From: Alkalilimnicola ehrlichii MLHE-1
Lineage (GTDB): Bacteria; Pseudomonadota; Gammaproteobacteria; Nitrococcales; Halorhodospiraceae
Direction of reading: 5' to 3'
NCBI RefSeq assembly: GCF_000014785.1
Contig: NC_008340.1
Location: 720,001-752,000, forward strand
DNA: 32,000 nucleotides
The translations under genes were made by a program, and so were the position numbers. The notes beneath the pieces are model-generated. The model saw nothing but the letters and a program-made list of their open reading frames with translations. It did not search any database and was not told the origin of the DNA. Position 1 is the first letter of the stretch; every line of letters begins with the position of its first letter. This document shows, in pieces, positions 1 to 6,955 of this stretch.

Positions 1-223
1 AGCCGGAATCGAACAGGATGACGGCCAGCGCCAGGCTGCCGACGAGGTAGGCCAGATCGGCATCGTTGAAGACGAACCCCAGCCCGTCCTCTCCGGCGAT
101 CAGGCCGATGCAGAGGAAAACCAGCAGCAGGGGCGCGCCGAAGCGAAAGGCGATCACCGAGGTGAACACCGAGAGGGCGATCAGGCCGGCCCCGATCAGG
201 ATGAGCGGATAGATCCAGTCCAT
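1..223 (-). CDS. Monovalent cation:proton (K+/H+) antiporter, NhaP2/CvrA-like, N-terminal fragment; the gene runs off the left edge of the window
   Basis: Absent from the ORF track because it is open at the window edge. Reverse complement from the ATG at 223-221 reads MDWIYPLILIGAGLIALSVFTSVIAFRFGAPLLLVFLCIGLIAGEDGLGFVFNDADLAYLVGSLALAVILFDSG. It has two hydrophobic helices and the G.P.L..FL.IG.(I/L)AG.DG.G...F.......SLAL..IL.D.G pattern I recognise from the N-terminus of E. coli CvrA/YcgO-type CPA1 antiporters. Confidence 0.7.
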   Translation of the reverse strand, partial: MDWIYPLILIGAGLIALSVFTSVIAFRFGAPLLLVFLCIGLIAGEDGLGFVFNDADLAYLVGSLALAVILFDSG

Positions 224-281
224 GCTGCTAGCCTACTTGGAAAGCCCTCGCTGGTGGACCTCAGCGTGGGTCTTGGGGCAT

Positions 282-302
282 GGCCCGAAGCTCGATCGGG
301 CC
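282..302. other. 7-bp stem / 7-nt loop hairpin (GGCCCGA-agctcga-TCGGGCC) in the divergent intergenic region
   Basis: Read directly from the sequence. It lies between the antiporter start (223) and the PII-like start (353). No U-tract follows. Function unknown. Confidence 0.2.
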
Positions 303-352
303 AGTGAAATTCCATGGTATGCTCCCCGGTATTACGACGGAAGGAGAGGGCT

Positions 353-703
353 GTGACGGCGAAACTCCTGGTGGCGGTCATCGCCGATGAACTGGAAGAG
401 CGGGCTGTGCGGATCGCGAGGGAAGAGGGGGCCCGCGGGGTCACGATACTCTCCGGTCGCGGTATCGGTTTTCCCGAACGCATCACCTTCTTCGGCCTCA
501 CCTACCGGGGCCTTACCAAGATCCTCCTTTGGGTGCTGCCCGACGCGGCCGCGGAACTCATCTCCGAGCGCCTCAACCGCGAACTCGACCTGATCAAGCC
601 CGACCAGGGCCTGGCCTTCGTCCTGCCGGTGAGCGAGACCGGGGGGATCGACGTGGAGGCCATCCGCCGGGAGATCATTGCCGGCACCCGGGCCGACGAT
701 TGA
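353..703 (+). CDS. PII-like (GlnB-fold) small signalling protein, paralogue 1
   Basis: ORF track 314..703. I prefer the GTG at 353, which sits just after GGAAGGAGAGGG (339-350) and gives VTAKLLVAVIADELEE. This is co-linear with the N-terminus of the paralogue at 2261 (MKFAVLVAILAEDLEE). The product is about 116 aa, and both paralogues share the loop GRGIG-x5-TFFGLTY-G. Confidence 0.8.
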   Translation: MTAKLLVAVIADELEERAVRIAREEGARGVTILSGRGIGFPERITFFGLTYRGLTKILLWVLPDAAAELISERLNRELDLIKPDQGLAFVLPVSETGGIDVEAIRREIIAGTRADD

Positions 704-752
704 CCGTCGACCTTTCCGCTCATCCCACGCGAGCTAAGAAGACAACGAATCA

Positions 753-2264
753 GTGAATCAGCTCAAGGAATTTTACGGGATACTCAAGCACGCCTTCCGC
801 AACCTGCTGCCGATCATTGCGGTGGTGGCCTTCTTCCAGTTCGTGGTGATGCAGGAAGTGCCCGAGGGCATGATGTCCATGGTGCTGGGCCTGGGCATCG
901 TGGTGCTGGGTGTGGCGCTGTTCCTGCAGGGGCTGGAACTGGGCATCTTTCCCATCGGCAAGAACATCTCCAACGAGTTCGCCAAACGGGGCTCGCTGCC
1001 CCTGCTGATGGTCTTCGGCTTCTGCCTGGGGTTCGCGGCGGTGATCGCCGAACCGGCCCTGATCGCGGTGGCGGATCAGGCGGAGGTGATCAGCGAGGGG
1101 CGGGTGAATGCCTTCACCCTGCGGTTGCTGGTGGCCGGTTCCGTGGGCGCGGTGGTGGCCCTGGGCGTGGTGCGCATCATCCTGGGGCACAGCCTGCACT
1201 GGTACATGATCATCGGCTATATCATCGTGGTTGCCGTCACCTTCTTCTCGCCCGAGGAGATCGTGGGCCTGGCCTACGACTCCGGCGGGGTGACCACCAA
1301 CATCGTCACGGTGCCGCTGATCGCCGCCCTCGGTATCGGGCTGGCGGTCTCCCTGCGCGGGCGCAACGCCCTCACCCACGGCTTTGGCCTGGTGGCGCTG
1401 GCGGTGATGGTGCCCATGATCACCGTGCAGCTCTACGGCATCATGGTCTACACCTTCGGCGAGACGGGCGATGTGGCCGCCAATGGGCTGCAGATGGAGG
1501 CCGAGACCGAGGGGGTGGCCGATCCGGTGGCCGGCAGCGTGCTGCTGGGCATGCTCACGGATCTGGGGCTGATGGTGCGGGACGTGTTGCCTATCATCGG
1601 GGTCATCCTGATCTTCCAGTACCTGGTCATCCGCAAGCGCATCGCCCACCTGCACAAGGTCGTCGCCGGCTTCGTGCTGGTCATCGTCGGGCTGTACGCC
1701 TTCGTGGTGGGGCTGAAACTGGGGCTGTTCCCCATCGGCGAGCGCATGGCCGAGCAGCTCATCGCCCTGGAGGGCTTCTTCTGGCTCTACCTCTTCGCCT
1801 TCACCATCGGGTTTGCCACCACCATGGCCGAGCCGGCGCTGATCGCCATCGGCGACAAGGCGGAGGAGGCGGCCAAGGGCAAGCTCAAGGGCAACGTGAT
1901 CCGGCTGCTGGTGGCGGCCGGGGTGGCCATTGGTATCACTATCGGGGTGCACCGGATCATCACCGGCGACTCCATCCACTACTACATCATGGCCGGTTAT
2001 ACCCTGGTGATTCTGCTCACCTGGTTGTCGCCCAAGTACATCGTGGCGCTGGCCTTCGATCTGGGCGGGGTGACCACCTCCGAGGTCACCGTGCCGCTGG
2101 TCACCGCCCTGGGTATCGGGCTGGCCACCCACATCGAGGGGCGCAGTGTCATCATCGACGGCTTCGGGCTGATTGCATTCGCGTCGATCTTCCCCATCAT
2201 CACGGTAATGCTCTACGCCATCGCCGTGGAGCGCATCGCCAAGGCGAGAGGAGTGCAGACATGA
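753..2264 (+). CDS. Polytopic membrane protein of the DUF1538 family, internally duplicated (two halves of about 245 aa)
   Basis: 503-aa ORF with a GTG start, hydrophobic throughout. The halves align by eye: AEPALIAVADQAE / AEPALIAIGDKAE, DSGGVTTNIVTVPLIAALGIGLA / DLGGVTTSEVTVPLVTALGIGLA, and LPIIAVVAFFQFVV / LPIIGVILIFQYLV. The GTG start at 753 is supported because the N-terminus aligns with the start of the second half. The family name is from memory of this motif set. Confidence 0.85.
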   Translation: MNQLKEFYGILKHAFRNLLPIIAVVAFFQFVVMQEVPEGMMSMVLGLGIVVLGVALFLQGLELGIFPIGKNISNEFAKRGSLPLLMVFGFCLGFAAVIAEPALIAVADQAEVISEGRVNAFTLRLLVAGSVGAVVALGVVRIILGHSLHWYMIIGYIIVVAVTFFSPEEIVGLAYDSGGVTTNIVTVPLIAALGIGLAVSLRGRNALTHGFGLVALAVMVPMITVQLYGIMVYTFGETGDVAANGLQMEAETEGVADPVAGSVLLGMLTDLGLMVRDVLPIIGVILIFQYLVIRKRIAHLHKVVAGFVLVIVGLYAFVVGLKLGLFPIGERMAEQLIALEGFFWLYLFAFTIGFATTMAEPALIAIGDKAEEAAKGKLKGNVIRLLVAAGVAIGITIGVHRIITGDSIHYYIMAGYTLVILLTWLSPKYIVALAFDLGGVTTSEVTVPLVTALGIGLATHIEGRSVIIDGFGLIAFASIFPIITVMLYAIAVERIAKARGVQT

Positions 2265-2608
2265 AGTTCGCAGTGCTAGTGGCCATCCTGGCCGAGGACC
2301 TGGAAGAGCAGGCCATCGACTCGGCCAAGCAGGCCGGGGCGGGTGGCGTCACCATCCTGGACGGGCGGGGTATCGGCACCAAGGAGAAGAAGACCTTCTT
2401 CGGGCTGACCTATGAGGGCAGTCAGTCGGTGCTGGTCTTCGTGCTGGAGAAGAAGCTGTCGGTGAAGGTGCTCAAGCAACTGACCAAGGATTTGGACCTG
2501 AACTCGCACAGCAAGGGGGTGGTGTTTACCATACCGCTGGAGCATATCGCCGGCATCGATACGGCGCAGGTCCAGAAGTTCGAATCGCAGATCAAGGACG
2601 AGCTTTAA
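2261..2608 (+). CDS. PII-like (GlnB-fold) small signalling protein, paralogue 2
   Basis: 115-aa ORF. Its ATG overlaps the DUF1538 stop in an ATGA junction (2261-2264), which suggests translational coupling. It is clearly paralogous to 353..703 along its whole length. Confidence 0.85.
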   Translation: MKFAVLVAILAEDLEEQAIDSAKQAGAGGVTILDGRGIGTKEKKTFFGLTYEGSQSVLVFVLEKKLSVKVLKQLTKDLDLNSHSKGVVFTIPLEHIAGIDTAQVQKFESQIKDEL

Positions 2609-2635
2609 AACCCGCCAAGAGCGTCAGGAGCCGAC

Positions 2636-3025
2636 ATGCTGGTTAAAGACATCATGAGAGAGGATGTGGTCACTATCTCCCCGCTGGCCACCATCCGTGA
2701 GGCCATGAAGCGGATGAAGGACCACGGGGTGAAATCCCTGGTGGTGGAGAAGCAGGGGCCGCACGATGCCTACGGCATTATCACCTACACCACGATCCTG
2801 CGCACCATCGTGGCGGAAGAGGGCGATATCGACCTGATCAACGTCTACGACGTCTGCACCAAGCCGGTGATCTCGGTGAGTGGCGAGCTGGAGTGCAAGC
2901 ACGTGGCCCAGCTTATGGTGCGCCAGCAGTTCCGGCGGGTGGTGGTGCTTAAGGACAACGAACTGCGGGGCATTATCACCCGCAACGACATCGTGCGCCC
3001 CATCCTGGAGATTGCCGAGCAGTAG
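2636..3025 (+). CDS. Stand-alone CBS-domain pair protein
   Basis: 129 aa, with a GGAG-type RBS at 2626-2629. It contains two CBS repeats: VKDIMREDVVTISPLATIREAMKRMKDHGVKSLVV, and DVCTKPVISVSGELECKHVAQLMVRQQFRRVVVLKDNELRGIITRNDIV. Confidence 0.85.
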   Translation: MLVKDIMREDVVTISPLATIREAMKRMKDHGVKSLVVEKQGPHDAYGIITYTTILRTIVAEEGDIDLINVYDVCTKPVISVSGELECKHVAQLMVRQQFRRVVVLKDNELRGIITRNDIVRPILEIAEQ

Positions 3026-3055
3026 GCAGCGATCTCACGCGAGGAGAGTGTGTGT

Positions 3056-3658
3056 ATGGTCAGCGACAGAGCGCCGGCTGGGGGCGATTCTTGGCGCCGC
3101 CAGGGCTGGGACCAGCGCTACCGGCAGGCCGAGCCCGGCTCTGCCGCGGCCGTGCTGGCGGACAACCTGCACCTGCTGCCGCCCCGGGGGCGGGCGCTGG
3201 ATCTGGCCTGCGGGTTAGGCAGCAACGCCATGCTGCTGGCTGGCGCCGGGCTGGAGACCGAGGCCTGGGATTACTCGCCGGTGGCGCTGGAACGGCTGAT
3301 GGAGCGCGCCAGGCGCCAGGGGCTGGCTATCACCCCCCGCGAGCGCGACGTGGAGCAGCACCCGCCGCCGGCGGTGTCCTTTGACGTGATCGTGGTGGCC
3401 CACTTCCTCCACCGGCCCACCGCGCCCGATTTGTTCCGGGCCCTGCGCCCGGGTGGGGTGCTGTTCTACCAGACTTGGAGCCGGGCGCGGGTCTCCGACG
3501 CCGGCCCGTCCAACCCGGCATTCCGCCTGGCCGAGGGGGAGCTGCTGACCCTCTTCGCGGGCCTGCGGCCGCTGCTGTACCGCGAGGAGGGGGACCAGGG
3601 CGATACCACCCAAGGCCTCCGCGACGTCGCCTGCCTGGTGGCCCGCAAGCCTGCCTGA
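3056..3658 (+). CDS. Class I SAM-dependent methyltransferase (TehB-like by motif I)
   Basis: ORF track 3050..3658 (GTG); the first ATG is at 3056. Motif I region ALDLACGLGSNAMLLAGAGLETEAWDYSPVALERL and post-I/II region FDVIVVAHFLH...LRPGGVLF. Substrate unknown. Confidence 0.75.
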   Translation: MVSDRAPAGGDSWRRQGWDQRYRQAEPGSAAAVLADNLHLLPPRGRALDLACGLGSNAMLLAGAGLETEAWDYSPVALERLMERARRQGLAITPRERDVEQHPPPAVSFDVIVVAHFLHRPTAPDLFRALRPGGVLFYQTWSRARVSDAGPSNPAFRLAEGELLTLFAGLRPLLYREEGDQGDTTQGLRDVACLVARKPA

Positions 3659-3675
3659 GCCGGCCCGACTCCGAC

Positions 3676-4392
3676 TGTCACGTGGCAAGGGCCACCCCCC
3701 GTTACTGCGAGCGGGGCCCCACCCCCACCGTCACTGCGAGGAGGCGAAGCCGACGTGGCAGTCCACCGCCCTGGATCGCCACGGGCCTTCGGCCCTCGCG
3801 ATGACGGTGGGGGTGCCTCCCCCGTCACTGCGAGGAGCGAAGCGACGTGGCAGTCCACCGCCCTGGATCGCCACGGGCCTTCGGCCCTCGCGATGACGGT
3901 GGGGGTGCCTCCCCCGTCACTGCGAGGAGCGAAGTGACGCGGCAGTCCACCGCCCTGGATCGCCACGGGCCTTCGGCCCTCGCGATGACGGTGGGGGGGC
4001 CTCCCCCGTCACTGCGAGGAGGCGAAGCCGACGTGGCAGTCTACCGCTCTGGATCGCCACGGGCCTTCGGCCCTCGCGATGACGGTGGGGGTGCCTCCCC
4101 CGTCACTGCGAGGAGGCGAAGCCGACGTGGCAGTCCACCGCCCTGGATCGCCACGGGCCTTCGGCCCTCGCGATGACGGTGGGGGTGCCTCCCCCGTCAC
4201 TGCGAGGAGCGAAGTGACGCGGCAGTCCACCGCCCTGGATCGCCACGGGCCTTCGGCCCTCGCGATGACGGTGGGGGGGCCTCCCCCGTCACTGCGAGGA
4301 GGCGAAGCCGACGTGGCAGTCTACCGCCCTGGATCGCCGCGGGCCTTCGGCCCTCGCGATGACGGGTGGGGCGCCCCCCTCGCGATGACGAC
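3676..4392. repeat. Tandem array of a 92-94-bp unit: 7 full copies starting at 3731, 3825, 3917, 4009, 4103, 4197 and 4289, with degenerate partial copies at both ends
   Basis: Period measured from recurrences of TCACTGCGAGGAG, with offsets of 94, 92, 92, 94, 94 and 92. Unit example 3825-3916: tcactgcgaggagcgaagcgacgtggcagtccaccgccctggatcgccacgggccttcggccctcgcgatgacggtgggggtgcctcccccg. Each unit contains imperfect hairpins ATCGC..GGGCC-ttc-GGCCC..GCGAT and GACGG.GGGGG-tgc-C.CCCCCGTC, plus a weaker CGTCAC...GTGACG / ACTGC...GCAGT hairpin. There are no unique spacers. Confidence 0.95.
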
Positions 4393-4419
4393 CGAAAACC
4401 CGCGGCCCTCGCCATGGCA

Positions 4420-4460
4420 GCCCCGCTGTTCTTCCCTGATTCGGGCCCGCGCAGCGGGGC
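4420..4460 (-). terminator. 9-bp-stem palindrome (GCCCCGCTG - 23 nt - CAGCGGGGC) 3' of the aminotransferase gene; possible terminator or REP-like element
   Basis: Arms at 4420-4428 and 4452-4460 read directly from the sequence. It lies 39 nt past the stop at 4499. There is no clean U-tract. The loop contains CTGATTCG, shared with the element at 5701-5747. Confidence 0.35.
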
Positions 4461-4498
4461 CGGCCATGCCCGGACCCGAGCTGTTCGTTTGCCTTCAC

Positions 4499-5623
4499 CT
4501 AGGCCTTGCTCAAAGCCTCTTTCAGCGCCTCCACCACCCGCACCTGGGTGGCCCGGTCGATGGCCGGCCACATGGGCAGGCTGATCACCTCGCGCGCGGC
4601 GCGCTCGGCCTCGGGCAGACTCACGGTGTAGCCCTTCTCCCGGTAAACCGGTTGGGTGTGCAGCGGCGCGGAGTAGTAACTGTTGGCGCCGACCCCCTGA
4701 TCGTTCATGTACTGGCGGATGGCGTCGCGCCGGTCCGAAGGCACCCGCAGGGTGTACTGGTGAAAGACGTGGTCACCGTGGGGCGCGACCACCGGCGGCG
4801 TTACCTCCGGAAGGGGCGCCAGCAGGTCGTCGTAACGGGCGGCCGCGGCCTGACGGCCGGCGTTCCAGTCGTCCAGGTGGGGCAGCTTGACCCGCAACAG
4901 GGCCGCCTGCAGGGCGTCCAGCCGGGAGTTGTAGCCGATGGCGGTGTGGTGATCGCGGCGGCTGGAGCCGTGCACCCGCAGCAGCCGGCAGCGCTCGGCC
5001 AGCGCCGCGTCGTTGGTGGTGATCATGCCCGCATCGCCGGCGGCACCCAGGTTCTTGGTGGGGTAGAAACTGTGGGCGGCAATGTCGCCCAGGCTGCCCA
5101 AGCGCCGCTCCCCCTGGCGCGCGCCGAAGGCCTGGGCCACATCTTCCAGTACCTTCAGCCCGTGTTTTTCTGCCAGGGCGTTGATGGCCGCCATGTCCGG
5201 CCCCTGACCGTACAGATGCACGGGGATGATGGCCCGGGTGCGCTCGGTGATCGCCGCCGCGATGGTCTCGGCGGTGATATTGAAGGTGGTGGGGTCGATC
5301 TCGGCAAAGACCGGTTTGGCCCCCACCAGGTCCACCGACTCGCTGCTGGCAAAGAAGGTGAAGGGCGAGGTGATCACCTCGTCGCCCGGCCCGATGCCCA
5401 GCGCCGCCAGGGCGATGATCAGCGCATCGGTGCCGCTGTTGCAGCCGATGGCGTGCTCGACGCCGAGGAACTCGGTCACCTCCGCTTCCAGCCCCTGCAC
5501 TTCCGGACCCAGTACGTAGCCGCCTGAGGCCAGCACGCGCAGGGCGGTCGCCTCGAGCTGCTCGCGAAGCTGGTCATACTGCGGGCGTGGGTTGTAGATG
5601 GGGATGAAGGGCTGGTCGGTCAT
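4499..5623 (-). CDS. DegT/DnrJ/EryC1/StrS-family PLP-dependent sugar aminotransferase
   Basis: 374 aa. N-terminal PIYNPRPQYDQLREQLEATALRVLASGGYVLGPEVQGLEAEVTEFLGVEHAIGCNSGTDALIIAL and the later SFYPTKNLGAAGDAGMITTND (PLP-lysine region) are typical of this family. Confidence 0.9.
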   Translation of the reverse strand: MTDQPFIPIYNPRPQYDQLREQLEATALRVLASGGYVLGPEVQGLEAEVTEFLGVEHAIGCNSGTDALIIALAALGIGPGDEVITSPFTFFASSESVDLVGAKPVFAEIDPTTFNITAETIAAAITERTRAIIPVHLYGQGPDMAAINALAEKHGLKVLEDVAQAFGARQGERRLGSLGDIAAHSFYPTKNLGAAGDAGMITTNDAALAERCRLLRVHGSSRRDHHTAIGYNSRLDALQAALLRVKLPHLDDWNAGRQAAAARYDDLLAPLPEVTPPVVAPHGDHVFHQYTLRVPSDRRDAIRQYMNDQGVGANSYYSAPLHTQPVYREKGYTVSLPEAERAAREVISLPMWPAIDRATQVRVVEALKEALSKA

Positions 5624-5700
5624 CGTCGGCTCCGTAAGCGGGTCTGGCGGGAAGCTTAATGGAAAGCAGCGGAGCCACGCAAAAGCCCCGTGGTCGCGGG

Positions 5701-5747
5701 CGCGCCGCTGCGTTACGCGAAGCTGATTCGCACGGCGCAGCGGCGCG
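5701..5747 (-). terminator. 12-bp-stem palindrome (CGCGCCGCTGCG - 23 nt - CGCAGCGGCGCG) with a nested GCGAA/TTCGC hairpin, 3' of the isocitrate dehydrogenase gene
   Basis: Arms at 5701-5712 and 5736-5747. It lies about 20 nt past the stop at 5768. No U-tract. Related in sequence to the element at 4420-4460. Confidence 0.35.
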
Positions 5748-5767
5748 TTGGCCGGCGGGCTTTAAGG

Positions 5768-6775
5768 TCAGATGCGTTCGATCACCGCGTCGGTGAAGCC
5801 GGTAGTGGTACCGTGGCCGCCCAGGTCGGGGGTGACCCGGTCGCCGGCAAAGATGGCGTTGCGGATGGCGGTGCGCATTCGGCTCGCTGGCTCGTGCAGC
5901 TGCATATGATCAAGCATCAACGCGGCCGCAAGCATCATGGCCGTGGGGTTGGCGATGTTCTTGCCGGCGATGTCCGGAGCACTACCGTGCACGGCCTCGA
6001 ACAGCGCCTTGTCCTCACCAATGTTGGCCCCCGGTGCCATGCCCAGGCCGCCCACCAGCCCGGCGCAGAGGTCGGAGATGATGTCACCGAACAGGTTGGT
6101 GGTGACGATGACGTCGAACTGCTCTGGGTTCATGACCAGCTTCATGCAGCAGGCGTCCACGATCATCTCGTTCATCTCGATGTCGGGATAGTCCTCGGCC
6201 ACCTCGCGGGCACAATTCAAAAACAGCCCCGAGGTGGTCTTCAGGATGTTGGCCTTATGGACCACCGTGACCTGTTGGCGCCCCAGCCGCCGGGCCATGT
6301 CAAAGGCGAAGCGCACCAGGCGCAGGGATTCATCCCGGGTGATCACCGAGCGTGCCTCGGCGGTGTTGCCGTCCTCGCTTAGCGTCTGGCCGATGCCCGA
6401 GTACATACCCTCGGTGTTCTCGCGCACGGTGATGATGTCGATGTTCTCGTAGCGGGCGCGGGTGCCGGGGATGGTGATGACGGGGCGGACGTTGGCGAAG
6501 AGCTGGAATTCTTTGCGGAGGGTGACGTTGACCGAGGTGAAGCCCTCGCCCACCGGGGTGGTGATGGGGCCCTTCAGGACAATGCCGTTGCGTTCAATGG
6601 CATCCAGGGCCTCCTGTGGGATGAGCTCCCGGCCCTGTTCCAGCGCGGTCAGCCCCACGTCGGCGTATTCGTACTCCAGCCCGCAATTGAGTCGGTCCAG
6701 GACGCGTTGGGTGGCCTCTACAATGCTCGGCCCTATGCCGTCGCCGGGCAGAACGGTGATCTTACGGCTCGCCAT
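5768..6775 (-). CDS. Isocitrate dehydrogenase, short (335 aa) NAD-type member of the isocitrate/isopropylmalate dehydrogenase superfamily
   Basis: Motifs: ITVLPGDGIGP, GPITTPVGEGFTSVNVTLRKEF (the IDH-type substrate Ser/Asn/Arg block rather than the IPMDH block), VRENTEGMYSG, NLFGDIISDL and HGSAPDIAGKNIANP. Homoisocitrate or another substrate cannot be excluded. Confidence 0.8.
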   Translation of the reverse strand: MASRKITVLPGDGIGPSIVEATQRVLDRLNCGLEYEYADVGLTALEQGRELIPQEALDAIERNGIVLKGPITTPVGEGFTSVNVTLRKEFQLFANVRPVITIPGTRARYENIDIITVRENTEGMYSGIGQTLSEDGNTAEARSVITRDESLRLVRFAFDMARRLGRQQVTVVHKANILKTTSGLFLNCAREVAEDYPDIEMNEMIVDACCMKLVMNPEQFDVIVTTNLFGDIISDLCAGLVGGLGMAPGANIGEDKALFEAVHGSAPDIAGKNIANPTAMMLAAALMLDHMQLHEPASRMRTAIRNAIFAGDRVTPDLGGHGTTTGFTDAVIERI

Positions 6776-6955
6776 TCGGGTGCCTCCATGTCGGGTTGTA
6801 ATGTTTATAAGCAGGTTTCATGTGTGGCGTTGCGCCACGGGGGGGTGGAACCCGCTAAGCCTCTCTATTCTACACCCCGTGGGCCTTTTCAGCAGCCTCG
6901 TCCGTGCCGGTGGAGGGCGCGGGCAGGCGTCACGGGCCTCCTCTGCGCCGAGGGT

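Noticed and set aside
750-2132. 460-aa ORF antisense to the DUF1538 gene. The same kind of long shadow ORF occurs at 4079-5527, 8432-9526, 13195-14139, 14209-15219, 14348-15244, 14535-15668, 15696-16898, 17825-20167, 21187-22908, 23269-24288, 24412-25407, 25550-27379, 27813-28721 and 29857-31365.
   Set aside because: These are typical high-GC antisense or off-frame open frames. Their translations are low-complexity (runs of G, H, D, R, P, A) with no recognisable motifs. Each overlaps a gene on the other strand or in another frame whose product has clear family signatures.
3676-4392. Possible CRISPR array.
   Set aside because: The repeats are directly adjacent with no unique spacers, the unit is far longer than a CRISPR repeat, and no cas genes are in the window.
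3466-4571. Several 60-170-aa ORFs on both strands inside the tandem repeat (for example 3466-3966, 3847-4176 and 4009-4230).
   Set aside because: Their sequences are periodic translations of the 92-94-bp unit in different frames, with the same peptides recurring in several frames and on both strands. There are no RBS signals and no independent coding signal.
4420-5747. Integron-style gene cassette (ORF plus attC-like palindrome) for the lone degT gene.
   Set aside because: The palindromes lack the RYYYAAC / GTTRRRY core sites (the nearest candidate, GTTACGC, breaks the purine rule). There is no intI gene or attI, and only one cassette-like unit is present.
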